Shown piece by piece: positions 41,490 through 55,513 of a stretch of DNA of 64,000 bases. Position 1 is the stretch's first letter. Each line of letters opens with the position of its first letter. Source of the DNA: the human T2T-CHM13v2.0 reference genome, Homo sapiens; assembly GCF_009914755.1 (NCBI RefSeq), contig NC_060938.1. One strand, written 5' to 3'. The position numbers and the translations under genes were made by a program. Below the pieces are notes generated by a model, which did no database searches, was not told where the DNA came from, and was given only the letters and a program-made list of their open reading frames with translations.

Positions 41490-42406
41490 CTGCCCCACCG
41501 GGAGAAAAACAGGCAGCTCAGTCAGACACCCAGGGGCTCATCCCCAAACTCAGGGACAGGGCAGCTCCCTTCAGAACCAGTGCTAGATGGGAAAGCACAT
41601 TCCCAAGAAGCAGCTAGTTCTGCCTTACTTTTGCAGCCTGTCTTATCAGACCCAAGTTCCAAAAATTAATGTCTCACAAGAGACTCTAAGAGAAGTTCAT
41701 GATTTTACTCCCCGTGCCACCCGCGTGGGAGATGCAGCCTGCGTGTTACTAATGGAGCCCCTTGGCAGCCTGCTGGCACTCCCCACATGCCTCGAGTGGA
41801 CCTGTTGGATTTGGGGCAGGAAGGGGCTGCTTCTCACTCGGAAACCCATGCACCAGCAAACAGATGGTTTATTCACATGCTATCTGGGGTGCGCATACAC
41901 TCTCCAGTGCTCTCAGAATACTTGTTGCCCCCTTTCTGGACAGAATCTAATTTGATTCCAAGCTTTAAGTGAGAGGGAACAGATGCTCTGATGAAGAATC
42001 AGCCCTGGGGTCAATTCTTAGCTAGAATTATGTCACAACACCAGAGACCAGAGTCCAAAAGGCATGCCTGACACAGACAAGGTGCAGTCTGTGATTTTAC
42101 CATATCCCCCAAGAACCACAATTTAACATCAACTGAAACCCCAGCTGTAGTTGACACTACAGGCCCACATAAGACAACTTCAGCGGCCAGTTCTAGACTC
42201 CAAGGCTCTTTCCTAAAAATGAGATTTAATAAATCCTGGAGAGCTCCTCCCCAGATGCAAATCTTGATCCACTGGATCACGGGGGAGCTGTGCTGCAAGG
42301 CACGAGGAGAGGCTGTGAGAAGCCAGCTTGGACTCCAGCCCAGCCAAGAGCTGGGGGCTCTGAAGAATGTCCCCTCTCCTGTCACCCAAAGCATGTCCCT
42401 CATTAC

Positions 42407-42565
42407 CTGGGCCACGAGGCGCTGGTTTTCACTGAGCCAGGTCTCTCTCATTGCGGCCTTCCGGTCAAAGCGCCGGGCCAGTTGCTCTAGCTTCTCCTGC
42501 CGAATGAGCTCATTTCTCAGGGCCAGCTCCCGCCGATACTCAGCTTCCTCCAGGCTTTCCCAGGC
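42407..42565 (-). CDS. SPTB: SPTB exon 11 ([10 protein letters not shown]...QRLVAQ)
   Basis: 159 bp, AG/GT bounded; within ORF 42011..42646. Confidence 0.96.
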
Positions 42566-43040
42566 CTGCACAAAGGATGGAATGAGAATTCTTGGGGCAC
42601 AGGAGAAATGCCTCACTTTGGGGGCTCCACCCCTTTCACCCAACACTGAGTGATTTCTGGAATCAAGGTACAGCCTGATGCTCTTGGGTGACGTGGTAGC
42701 AGATTAAAGATCAATAAAAGCCTTTGGCTTTCATGTCTGGGCCCATCAAAGATTCAGAGGGCACTGCTCATGAGTCTCACTTCCCTCTTCCCCTAAACCT
42801 GCCTCAGACTCTTGGCCCAAAATAATGTTTTTCACCTCTCTGGATGCTCAGTAAGTTCTTATTGACTAATGGCTACCTCCGTTCAATATGAACTGCCAGG
42901 TGGTGGTAAGCCTCCAAGCCTCTGAAATGTCATAGGCATTTCCCTTTGGTTATAAGTAGTTAATATTCCATCTTCAAAGACAAACTCAAGGTTCTACAGA
43001 GGATAGGCTACAAAACTGGCTCCAAAAAAATGGACTCGGA

Positions 43041-43316
43041 GGCTGGGTGTGATGGCTCACACGTGTAATCTCAGCACTTTGGGAGGCCAAGGTGGGAGGA
43101 TTGTTTGAGCCCAGTACAAAACCAGCCTAGGCAACATTGCCAGACTCTGTCTCTATAAAAAATGTAACATTTAGCCAGGTGTGGTGGTGCATGCCTGTAG
43201 TCCCAGCTACTGAGACTGAGGTGGGAGGATCACTTGAGCCCAGGAGGACGAGGCTGCAGTGAGCTGTGATTGTGCCAATGCACTACCACCTGGGTGACAG
43301 AGTGAGACCCTGTCTC

Positions 43317-43354
<38 letters not shown>
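43041..43354 (+). mobile_element. AluJ with A37 tail
   Basis: Alu body, poly(A) 43318-43354. Confidence 0.93.
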
Positions 43355-43356
<2 letters not shown>

Positions 43357-43580
43357 ACTCAGGGATGCAGGGCATCTGAACAGGGGGATTGAAGGAGGGT
43401 GGGGGAGTAGAGTCTGACCCCTCAGAACCAGGTTCGATAACTCCCCCAAATAGTCAACATGTGGATTAATAACATCAAAGAAAGTGGCTTGGTTTAATCT
43501 GGTCCAATGACCATTCACTGTGTCCTTATCGGGAATTCAATCAATCTACTGTCAATGCATAACGGAAAATGCTGTGGTAC

Positions 43581-43698
43581 CCTGTTGATGTCAGACACTA
43601 GTTTCCCATCGTGGGGTGTGTACACTTTCTGATTGTTGGCTCTCATCCGGGACTGGATGGTAAAAAGTAGAACTTCCAGATTCCCCTTCTCTTGAAAC
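43581..43698 (-). CDS. SPTB: SPTB exon 10 ([11 protein letters not shown]...VSDINR)
   Basis: 118 bp, AG/GT bounded, translated by hand. Confidence 0.96.
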
Positions 43699-44782
43699 CT
43701 GTCAAGAAAACAGAAGTAGGAAGACTGATGTTAAGATCTCATGGCCAAATTTTTTTGCTAAAGTCAACACGGAACTGTGGCATCTTGAAGCGTAGATAGC
43801 AAAGCATATTTCCCTTAAAAACACAGAAAAACTAAAGAGAATCTGTAGGTCTGCTTACCTGTTAAAACATCTATCCTTTTCACCAACTGAGATCTATTAG
43901 GGGTTTGGGTCTTTACAATATAAACCAGAGAAAACACAATGGCCACCACAGCATTTATCATTTGCCTCTACATGGGAAGCTGAGGTATTCTGGTAATTCC
44001 TGTAAATATCAAGTTGTACGGATCAATACAAAAAAAATTTTAAAAAACCTTCTCTGTGCTGCAAGTGATGAGGGCTTCTTACTAGCTCTCTGGTCAGTTC
44101 CTTATTAAGTGAGTCAATAAAACCCCAGAAGCAGCATATTCCGTGGGAGAGCATCCTGCACTGAAAACAGCTTTCACCCAGGTCCTAATGAGCCAGATCT
44201 CCTGACAAGTCCTACAGGCCAGATGCTTCCCAGAAGGCAGGAAAGGCTGGGCTCTGAGAGGCTTGTAGGTGTAGGAGACAAGAATTGTCAGCAGGATCGG
44301 TGTCTAGCATATGGGGTACAGGCTCCAGGTATCAGGTACTTCCACATTTCTGCATGTACCTAAGTGTCCACCCATTTCTGCATCCTTGACCTGGCAGTCA
44401 AGGATCAGCTATATGCAAGGTCCCCACCCTGAGCCCAGCCTAATGGATCTCAGTGCTCACAGGCACTTAAGAGAACTGTGACCGTGAAGCACTGTCTACA
44501 CAGCCAAGAGATAACACCTCTGTGTGCAGTGACTGGTAGACTCATAGAGGATGCTAACTGTATTGGATTTAGGGCTTCAGAAATGGGTTACTGTCAGACT
44601 AGAAACCAGATACTTGTTTATAGTATATCCTAGACTCAGCATTTCACCTTTCCCCATTTGAAAGTCATGAATGCAGAGTGTGGGAGATGGGGGGAAGAGC
44701 AGAGCAGAAGGTACCATCAATGAGCTAGAAGCCTATTTCAGAGGATCTGGACAAGCTAATGGCAGATAAGCTGGAATGCCCC

Positions 44783-45087
44783 GTGTGTATGTGTGTATGT
44801 GTGCATGTTTGTGTGTGCATGTGCACATGCATGGTTGTATATATGTATGTGCATTTGTACATGTGGTTGTATGTGCATATATATGTGCATGGGTGCATAG
44901 TTATGTGTGCACACATAAATGCATGTATAGTTAGGTGTATGTGTATGAGTGCACGGTTGTGTGTGTATGTTTGTGTGTGCATGCATGTTCATGGGTGCAC
45001 AGTTGTGTGTATGCATGGTTATGTGTATGCAGGTATGCATGTGTGTGCACGGTTGTTTGCATGCACATGTGTGTAAGCATATGCACA
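44783..45087. repeat. About 300-bp degenerate (TG)/(TGCA)/(TATG) repeat in intron 9
   Basis: Seen directly. Confidence 0.95.
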
Positions 45088-45598
45088 CAGGCTCTGCACA
45101 CACTAGGGTGGGGCAGAGGTCCTGAGAAGCAGGCTAAGTGGTCTGTTGCTGAGCAGTGACAGATGGGAGAGAAAAAGAAGGATGAACTTGACAATCCATA
45201 AGGCCCCATGCAGAGAGCTCAGGGGCTGAGAGCACAGAGGTCATCAGAAAACAAGCCCACAGCTCAGTGGCAGACCAGAGAGGAGCTTTCCAGCCTGGGT
45301 TCTTCAAAGAGACTCAGAAGCCTATGATTTCCCTCCTGTTCCTCCTCAGGGATATCTGGGAGAAGCCACTGTCTTTGGTCGTGAGTCGAGGTTTCTCATC
45401 AATGCTGGTTTCTCTAAGCTGATGGCTTGGGAGAAGAGTGGTGAAGAGGGGCACAAGGCAGGTGACACACATACAGCTCTCTAATCTTGAGGGTGTGCCT
45501 TGTGGACACACTTCATAAGGCCCAGAACCTGGCTCTACCTTTTGGTGGTCAGTTTCCCAGCCACTGAGGACCACCCTCCCATGTGCCAGGGCCCTTAC

Positions 45599-45786
45599 TT
45601 GGGCGGCTTCTCCACGGTGCGGTAGGTGCTGAAGGCCTGCAGCTGCTGCTGGACGCCCGTCAGCGAGTTGGCAAACTTGCGGCTGTTCAGGACAGTGATG
45701 GTCTGCTCGATCCAGGTGAGCAGGTCCGAGGCTAGCCCGCTGTACTTTTCAATCATCTTCTCAGTCTCAATGGCATGGTCAATAAC
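45599..45786 (-). CDS. SPTB: SPTB exon 9 (start of spectrin repeats; [10 protein letters not shown]...VEKPPK)
   Basis: 188 bp, ttAG acceptor, GTAAGG donor, translated by hand. Confidence 0.96.
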
Positions 45787-46607
45787 CTAAGGAATCATCT
45801 TCTTACTTATTCTCATCAGAAGGGCAATGCCACCACTGAGGATATCAATGAGGACCACAATCAAGGTGCCACGAAATGGGGCTCCCACCTCCTAAGCCCT
45901 GGAGTGCTCTAGGCTGGGTTTGTTCCCTGAGCCCAAGTGTGCTGGTAGGGCAGAAGGAGTAGACTGGAATTGGGTGAGGCCCTCCTCTTGCCAATCGGCA
46001 GCGAGCTGGCCTGTTAAGGGTTGGGTGCAGTTCCCCTCCCCAGTGCTAGAGAAGATTGGTAAGCTTGCTGTGCCAGGATGCCAGCCACTAGGGGGCCAGG
46101 GTTTTGTTTATTTTTAAATGTTCATGAGGAGTCAAAGGCTGCCAGCCATTGTCTTTACTAAACATGAGGCACAGAGATGAATGAGAAATGGTACCTATAC
46201 TCTAAGAGCTAAGGATCTAGCAGAGGGAAGGAATCTGGCATGAGGGTCTATACCAATGGGTGAGTTTCTGGTACACTGTGGGTGCCTAAGAGGTCTGCAA
46301 TCACAATAAACAAACCACATAAAAGCCTGGAGGGTTCCTGTGGGGATGTCCATGAGACATGGGTCTCAGGTGGACCAGGTGTTCGCCAGGTACAGAGCAG
46401 CCAGCTGTGGTACCTTTCAGGACAGACCATCAACCTGCTTTGGAATTCAGCTCAGGAGCCATCAATGTTGCCAAGGTCAGCTTTAGAGGAAGTTGGGGGG
46501 TGGGTGAGCTGTACTCTTCACCCTTTCTTTGGTTGGAAAGAGGGCCACTCTGTCTGGACCTGACAAACAGGGGAAGAGTGACACTTTGGTTCCAAAACAG
46601 CTTGTAC

Positions 46608-46720
46608 CTTGCCGACACGCTTGCCCTCCACTGCCAGCACCTTCATCTTGGAGAAGTAGTGGTAAAAGGCCACCACATAGGTGATGATGGATTTCTCATC
46701 AGGGTTTTCCGTAAAGACAT
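46608..46720 (-). CDS. SPTB: SPTB exon 8 ([16 protein letters not shown]...KRVGK)
   Basis: 113 bp, AG/GT bounded; within ORF 46518..46931. Confidence 0.96.
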
Positions 46721-47136
46721 CTGTTAGGGAAAAGGGTGTACTCTCAGGACCAAACTGGAAGTCGGGAAAGTCAGGCTCAGAGGGTTTATTCCCCATTCCT
46801 CCAGCATCAAGTTCAACTACAGGCAGCAAGTGACAACCAACAGAGCAAGAATGGAAGAGTGTGATGAAATCCATTTTAGAACCACACATTACAAAAGAAG
46901 AAAAGAAGAAGGATCCAAAGTCCATCTCCAAACAGACCAGGCAGGCATGGGAACCAGCATGGAGCAGAGAAGCAGGCCCAGATCAGAGCCTGGCCTGGCC
47001 ACTGCCCCTCACTGTGCCCACAGCTTGCCCAGCACCTGGGCCGGCCTCCAGAAGTCCTGGCGGCTGAGCTCCTCTAGCACAGCGAGTGCATCCCCCACTG
47101 CTGCAGCAAAGGCTGGCAGGGGTGGGTGTGGCTCAC

Positions 47137-47252
47137 CTTCGGGGTCGAGGAGCGGGATGATGCCCAGCTGGCGCTCAGCCACATTGAATGCGTGCTCCAG
47201 GTTGTGCCGGGCATTGGAGTCCTTCAGCTTATCAAAGTCGATCAGGTCGGGC
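47137..47252 (-). CDS. SPTB: SPTB exon 7 (CH2; PDLIDFDKL...PLLDPE)
   Basis: 116 bp, AG/GT bounded; within ORF 47009..47290. Confidence 0.96.
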
Positions 47253-47605
47253 CTGGGGACAAAACTGGACTGTGAAAAGGGAGTAGCCACAGCATCCCCA
47301 CCAGGAGGGCAGCCCTAGCATGAAGCAGACATTGTACAGAGGCAGGGAGGTGGTCAGGCAGGAGGAGTGAAAGGAGGAGATGGGAGCAGAGGAGAGGGGG
47401 CAGGTGTGAGCCTTGGCATATGAGGGAAGTGGGCGGCAGGCATGCTGGGATTTAAGGAAAGTGAAGGTGCTATGGGCTGCTGAAGGGGAGAGGAGAAGGA
47501 ACAGCAGAGGTCACATTTCTGTGACTCCATGTTAAGTGCAATGTGTCCAAATATTCCCAGGGAGGCTGTCTCAGTCAGTCCCCACGGCTGTCCCCTCCCT
47601 CTTAC

Positions 47606-47686
47606 CGGTGCTTGTGTATCAGGGCATTAAAGGCCAAGCCATCCTTCCAGCTGGAGGTAAAGTTGGTGACATTAACATGAGGGTAG
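47606..47686 (-). CDS. SPTB: SPTB exon 6 (CH2; [27 protein letters not shown])
   Basis: 81 bp, gcAG acceptor, CCG|GTAAGA donor. Confidence 0.96.
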
Positions 47687-48077
47687 CTGCATCCAAGAGA
47701 AACAGTAAGAGCTAAGAATTAGATTTTTTGTAGTCCCAAACAAGTGTACAAATTGAGGGCCAATATACCAGGAGAGAAATGGAACTGTCCTTTCTTGAGC
47801 CAGGTCACCAAGAGGGGGCAGCAGCTAACCACACACAGAGGCTCCCCCATCAGATGTGAACACCACACAGACCCCCCAGTCTGCCTGCAGGCAACTTTGG
47901 AAAAGAATCCTGTATTCCAGGCCTCAAAGAATCAGGTCAGGACAGACTTTGCATCAATTACAGGGAGGCAGCTGTAGTTCTGGGTGATGATGTCTAATGT
48001 CCCTCTGGAGATGGCAGTGCTTGTGCGGAGCAAGGGGCTGGTGGTGGATGTGCTAACAGCTGGTTCCCAGGGCATAC

Positions 48078-48169
48078 CCTGCCGTCTTCATCTGACACCA
48101 CAACAGCAACGCATCCTTGGCTGAGCGTGTTTCACGACCTTCCTGAGTTTGGACCACAATGTCCTGAAT
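48078..48169 (-). CDS. SPTB: SPTB exon 5 ([31 protein letters not shown])
   Basis: 92 bp, AG/GT bounded, translated by hand. Confidence 0.96.
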
Positions 48170-48261
48170 CTGAGGGTAGCAGAACAAGAGAGATTTGAAG
48201 AGGATGTGCATCTGGATCTGTGCTTTCCTGCCGTCCCTGGGAGGCTCCCTCCCTCATCCCC

Positions 48262-48566
48262 CCTTCACTTAACACTAATTCATCCTTTAAGAGCCAGTAT
48301 AAATGGCGCTTGGGTTGGGTCTCCCTTCATGTGCCCTGCTCCCTGCATTTACATTTCCTTCTCTCTCCTAGATGCTCCCTGAGCCCAGGGAAATCTGTCT
48401 TGGTCACTTGTCTGTCTCCAGGGCCTGGAGCCTGGTGCACCATCAGTACTCCATAGCTGTATTGTGGCTGTCTGTACAAACATTGATTCTGTTCCTATTA
48501 TGTGGCAGCGCTGTGCTAGGCCTGAGGACACACAGAGGTAAAACAAATTTCTTGCCCTCAAGGAGT
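48262..48566 (+). repeat. 305-bp direct repeat, copy A (intron 4)
   Basis: 3 mismatches against 51348..51652. Confidence 0.97.
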
Positions 48567-49458
48567 AGCCGCCAGCCCCGCAGCAACACCACATCCTGAG
48601 GCCCTGTGCCCCAGCAGCCTGCTTCCCTGCCTCAGTCAGCCAAAATGGCACAGGGATGAGACAGCTGTAATTGGATAACTCTAATAGAATGCAGAGAATC
48701 AGTGACAAGATGCCCTGATTCCTCCTCTGGAGGTGCAATGCCCCTTGAGGCTGTGGAACAACATGAATGCTGATGAGTACTATACTTTCATTAGCAGCTC
48801 CTCTTGCCTTTCCATTCTCCCCAACTCTGCTGCTATTGTTGTTCAATGTTATGCACCCATGGAGAGTGAGATCGGACATGCGGGGCCACTTGGTTGAGGT
48901 CTTTAGTCCGCGAGTTGTATGCTCTCTTCTTTCTCCTGCCCTCACCTCCTTGGGCAAGGTTCTTTCTGTCCCCAAACCAGCAGGTGCAAGACCCTGTTTT
49001 CCTCCCCTTCCCCTTTCTAAATTTCCTTACAAATAATCTGGACTTTGAATTTCAGGGTGAGAAGAGAAAAGTTTCTGATTGGAAAATATACACACAGATC
49101 TTCTACACAATTTTTGCAATTTTCTGTATCTATTTCAAAAACCAAGAAGTTACATGTATAGGGGGAGGAGGCTAAAAAGCTAATCTTCCAGCCAGATATC
49201 AACCCAGCTACCAATTAATTTCTATCTTCTCCCTGAAAAGACCATACTACTGAGTGAGCAGCTCCCCCTGAGCTTCAGTGACTTGGGGTGATACAGAAGA
49301 TGGTTACTCCTTCCTACAAGCACTGTCCCATGTGGCAGATTTACAGCCTTCCCAGAATGTGCACTAACACCCACACTCTGTTCAGCATTTTATAAGATTC
49401 TAAGGCCCTGGGCAGCCTTGAGGGCTCCCTCGACTTCCTCTACCCCCCAGGAACCCAC

Positions 49459-49632
49459 CTGGAAGCGGAGGATGATGGTCCAGATGAGGCCCAGGACCAG
49501 GCGGTGGTTGCCATCTACAATGTCGTGGGAGCCCATGTTCTCCAGGTGTACACGCTGCTCCTTGAGGAACTGGAGAGCCTTGTCCACATTCTCCAGGCAG
49601 TGGATGCGCATCTTCCCCTTGGTGGGCTTTGG
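49459..49632 (-). CDS. SPTB: SPTB exon 4 (CH1; [16 protein letters not shown]...IILRFQ)
   Basis: 174 bp, AG/GT bounded, frame continuous with exon 3. Confidence 0.97.
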
Positions 49633-50790
49633 CTGGGGGACAGCAGTGGCCCCCGTGGGCATGGAGGGACTGCACAGTCATCCCAGAGGCTGCAGCGTGG
49701 ACCAGCTCCTGTCATAAGCACCCACCCTCCACCCTCTTGGCCAAACACCAAGTCCCATGGTCATTCATTGACACTATTCAATGCTTTCCTTTTAGCAAAG
49801 CTCAGAGGTTCCCTCCAACAAGCACCCAGAGATCGGTAACCAGGCTGCATCGGTGCCCTTCTGGGGCTGAACAAAGCCCTCTGAGTGGGCAATAAACGGC
49901 ATTTGCTTACGGTAACATAACATATGGTTAATTGATCCCTTACCATGTGCCAGGCACAGTTCTAAGAACTGTTTACTGCCAGCCAGTGTTAAGAGTAATT
50001 TTTAGCTTGGTGATTGATAATGGGTTCATCCCTGCCAATCAACCTTCTCCTCTCCCCCAGTGATAACTGCATCATCTGATGGGTTCCCCATGGGTAACTC
50101 TCTCTAGTGGAATTTCAATGCAGGGTGAGAGGCAGAACTTCAGCATGGAGTTGAAAAGGCAATATTTCATTCAAGCCTTTTCATTCAAACTCTGAGGATC
50201 TCAGAATAACTTCATCAGGTACAGGTATCATTGCCCTCATTTTACACATGGGGGAAATGGAGGAAAAGAGGGTCCTGCCTGATAGGCCCAAGGACACAAA
50301 GCTTACTCTGGGCTGAGCAAAACATAAACCTTCATCTACTTCTTCTTTGGGGTCAACAGTATTGCCGGTGGGTTACAACTGAGACAGCCTCTAATAAATT
50401 TCCACTTGCAAGGGTGGTAAAACACACAGTAAAATGGCTTCCACACTTTCCTCTTGGTTCCAAGAGGGATGCATCTTAGCCCGATGGGGAGATGAGGGCC
50501 AGGCCATCACAGGCCAGCTACAGATGCCCAGAGCCCAAAGTCAGGAGCTCTGCATGGCTTCTGGGAGAAGCATGAAGGGGTGGGAGTGGTCAGAGGAGGC
50601 AAGAAGTTCTGGGAGGAATTCAGAGAGACCAGTCAGCCACACGGATGCTTCCCATTCTAAGTATTAGAGCCTCCCAAAGGAGCAGAGAGAAAACTGGGAA
50701 GGCCAGGAGAACTTGAGATGCCCCCAAACCATGCCTTTGCTGAAGAGGGGCCGATGGCAGCAGCCCCGGGGCCCACAGAAGGGACTTTAC

Positions 50791-50942
50791 CAGCATCTCT
50801 CCAGAGAGCACCTCCAGCAGCTTGATGAGCATGCGCCCATCCCGCAGGTCCTTGTAGAGATCGGTGATGCGGCAGGACACTCGAGCCAGGTGCGAGTTCA
50901 CCCATTTCGTGAAGGTCTTTTTCTGAACAACTTCCCGCTCAT
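50791..50942 (-). CDS. SPTB: Beta-I spectrin exon 3 (CH1 domain; [14 protein letters not shown]...LSGEML)
   Basis: 152 bp, ctAG acceptor and CTG|GTAAAG donor; translation matches the beta-spectrin actin-binding domain. Confidence 0.97.
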
Positions 50943-51347
50943 CTAGGTGGAGAGAAGAACCTTGGTGAGGTGCCTGAGGTTGGCAGGGTCAGTGTGACAT
51001 GGGGCCAAGGGGTTTTACCTTAAGCCCAGGGTACCCCCATGCTTGGCAGAGGAAGTCGATGTATTCATTCCACTCCCTTCCTTGGAGCATTTGCCATCAA
51101 GGTGTAGCAATACCGGTCCACATGCCACCAGAACAGAGGCAATAAGGAGATCACTCGCACTGCCACCATATTCTATGCACAGTATCAGGACACCTCTAAT
51201 TCAGCATCTGTTTCCCTGTATCAGTCAGACTACTCTGTACTGTTGTGCCATTGAATTCAGATTTCAGTGCCAGGCTTACCCATCAACCCATCAAATATTC
51301 GCTCTGCCTAGAATGCTGTCTCTCAACCCCTCCACTCTACCCCACCT

Positions 51348-51652
51348 CCTTCACTTAACACTAATTCATCCTTTAAGAGCCAGTATAAATGGCGCTTGGG
51401 TTGGGTCTCCCTTCATGTGCCCTGCTCCCTGCATTTACGTTTCCTTCTCTCTCCTAGATGCTCCCTGAGCCCAGGGAAATCTGTCTTGGTCACTTCTCTG
51501 TCTCCAGGGCCTGGAGCCTGGTGCACCATCAGTACTCCATAGCTGTATTGTGGCTGTCTGTACAAACATTGATTCTGTTCCTATTATGTGGCAGCGCTGT
51601 GCTAGGCCTGAGGACACACAGAGGTAAAACAAATTTCCTGCCCTCAAGGAGT
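51348..51652 (+). repeat. 305-bp direct repeat, copy B (intron 2)
   Basis: Offset 3086 bp from copy A; L2-derived. Confidence 0.97.
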
Positions 51653-53875
51653 TCCTGATAGGGGGAGGAAAATGATGAGCAAGGGAACAGGATATGTAGA
51701 ATGTATGACTCATGTGGGGGTAAGGATAATGAAGGTTTGGGCTGAGGGCTGTCTGCGGCTTTACGCTATCTTTCTCAGCCCTGGGAAGGTGACATGACAC
51801 CCCTATCCTAAATCAGCATCAGCCCAGTCCAAGCCCCTGGCCCATGCTGTACCAGTTCAGGTGGGGTACTTCTTACTGCCTCTGTACAAATAATGCTGGT
51901 GGTCTGTCCAAGTTAGGCACCAGCATTACCTGGGGAAGCTCAGACAAGATGCTGGAGAGAGGACAGAAGACTGGGATGGCACAAAAAAAAGAGAGAGAAA
52001 AGGATAGAGGAGGGGAGAAGGAGAAAAAAAGAAAAGTAGCAGAAAAGAAGAAAAACAAATAAGATAGAATTGAAGGTGAGAAGAGAGGAGTGAGCCCTCT
52101 CTGGATTTATGAACAGTTTGGTGGCAATTAGCTTCTGGGCACTTAGGTTTGAAGATTCAGGGAAGGAGGTGACTTGGCAGTGAGGCTGGGCCTGAGGGTT
52201 GTGGAGGATCCCTGGGGAGGGTACATGGCAGTGGAGGGGGAGATCACAGCCAGGACATACCTGGAGTGGCCTAGCCAGGAGCGGGGTCTGCCCGGTCGGA
52301 GCAGGCTGTGTGCTCGACTGAGCCTCAACCGTGAAAGGGCTGGCTTTTTAAATTATTAAATATCTTGATTCAACAATAACAAAAAGAGGAGCTTAGCCAG
52401 TTCTGCCTCAAGGGTAGAATCCTGGCAGTTCCTGAGGCTTGCTGCATCAGATGCCTTCCGGCTTCATGGCTATTTTGGTATTAGGAACTCAGACCCTTGA
52501 TTCTTCTGTGCACTCATTGAGCAAATATTTACCGTACAACCGTCAGGTGCCAGGCCCTGGGTGGTGGTGGGGAACTCAAGGACAAGACTGATGGTCCCTA
52601 TCCTTGAGGCAGACAGACTCTATTATAAATATGACGAGGGCTTGAGTCATACATGAAGAATGAAGAATTCTACAGCAGCCATCTAAATAAGACTTCCAAG
52701 AAGAGGAAAAGTACTACTACTGACTGTGAATCCTAAATACATGTAAAATTTAAACGGCATTCATTTATTCTGGGCCTCTGTGCAAAGTTTCAGCGAGAAA
52801 ACTCCCCTTACCCTTTTGTCAACAGCAAATTAAACCACTTTCCTGATTTCAAATGCTGCTTCAGCGAAATGTAACTAAAGGGAGTTTGATGCCATACTGG
52901 ACGGAAAGCAATTGCACTTATTTTGGGGCATTTTTAGATTCAACAGAGCCAGCCACAGTCCCACAGTTTTTTCCCTAGAAACCAGATCTATTCTTTAAGT
53001 AGCTAACCCTTCAGGTCAGGTGTGGAGCCTCTGACTAAGGGGGGTGAAAGTTTTAGCCCCTTTAGAGGTAGGTGTCCCCCAAAGTGAAAGTATTTCTTCC
53101 TCCTTTTCCTGTCTTTAAGAATGCAAACATTTCATTACGTGGGTGCTGAGAACTATTTATCTGTGCTTGGCAAAGGGTAAGGGAGTGATTCTAGCTGGGA
53201 ACATGGATTAATTCTAGGCCACTGGGCTGGTGCATTTATTGGTGCAGAAATATCAGAAAGCACCCTTAGATCTCCCCAGTTTTTACCACATGAATGATGC
53301 CCCCTGGACCCTCAAACGTGGGAGCCACAGGTTTTGAGCACAGGCAGGTGGCCTCCTAGCTGCCTTTTATTTGAAGGCTGGAGTGAAATCACCCAGAATC
53401 CCCAGAGCCCCAAAACGCTTTGCAATGTTGAGACACAGAAAGATTTCGAGAGGCTAATGATGATTGGAAGGGGAGAAAAGGCCCCAAGGTGAGAGGCATT
53501 TCCATGAGCTGGCTGGCTCCAGCCGCCTGGCATTGGCATGCTCAGCACATTCACTCCCGCACAGCCCAGATGCTCATCCCAAGCCTTCCAAGGGCAGGAG
53601 AGGCGGTGGCCTGGAGCCAGCTAGGCTGGGAACCCTGGTAGTGTGGACAGGAAGAGAGGTGGCTGTACACTGGGCCTGCTGTCCCCAGGGGACCCAGGCC
53701 ATCCTACTGGGACCCACCATGGGAAGGAGGCCTCAGCACAGCCCTGCCAGGAGCCAGGCCTTATTTCCAGAGCCCTAACCCTGCCAGTGCAGGAAGGGGG
53801 TGAGTCCACCAGCATGGACTGGCTGACAGCCTCTGCTGCCATCAAACCCCGGCATCTCATTCCTCTCTGTTCCTC

Positions 53876-54163
53876 TTTTCTTTTCAACGGAGTCTCGCTC
53901 TGTTGCCAGGCTGGAGTGCAGCGGCGCAATCTTGGCTCACTGCAACCTCCGCCTTCTGGGTTCAAGCAATTCTCTTGCCTCAGCCTCCTGAGTAGCTGGG
54001 ACTACAGGTGTGTGCCACCACGCCTGGATATTTTTTGTATTTTTTAGTACAGACGGGGTTTCACCATGTTGGTCAGGATGGTCTTGATCTCTTGACCTCA
54101 TGATCCACCTGTCTTGACCTCTCAAAGTGCTGGGATTATAGGCATGAGCCACCGTGCATGGCC
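53876..54163 (-). mobile_element. AluSc-like
   Basis: Antisense Alu, TSD ctctctgttcct. Confidence 0.94.
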
Positions 54164-54830
54164 CTCTCTGTTCCTTTCTTTCCCTTTCCTTCCCGGGTTG
54201 TGGCCATCCTCATTCCCTGCTATGTGTTAGGTCTTTGCCTAGAAAACTCATCTTCCTCCCTGATCAGCTCTGACCCAGAATTATTGTCTGAATATTGGGA
54301 CTGGGTGACCTGAAACCCTTCAAAGGTTTAGTTTCAGGTCAAATACACCCATGACACTAAAACCCTCAAATATATCCAGTAATAAGTGAGTTTGTACATG
54401 GAACGGGCTGGCACAGAGAAAGCTTGCCATCATGTGAACTCTCATTGTTATCGTCATTACTACTGCTGCTATTACTAGTGGGCCCTGTCCTAGGTGCTGC
54501 AGGGGCGTTGGGCAGCTCACTCTCCCCAAGGCCTTAAGATACAGTTAAGGAAACAATACTCAAACCCACCAATTAACTTTTGCAAGCACATAATAAATAA
54601 GTGGCAGTTCACTTTAATAACACAAAAGCCATCACAGGGTAATACTGAATTCCATATCAGGTACATGACACATATGGTCAATGCTCGAGGGTTCCAGGAA
54701 GAGAGAGGTCATTTCCAATTGGAGTGGTTGAGGGGGCACCTGGTGAAGAAAGCCGCTTTGGATTGTGAAGGGGAGGGGAGCCAGGGAGACAGAATGAGTC
54801 CAAGCAGACAGGCATAAAAGGCCAAAGCTA

Positions 54831-55155
<325 letters not shown>

Positions 55156-55177
55156 CTAGGGAATAGCTACAGGTTAG

Positions 55178-55513
<336 letters not shown>

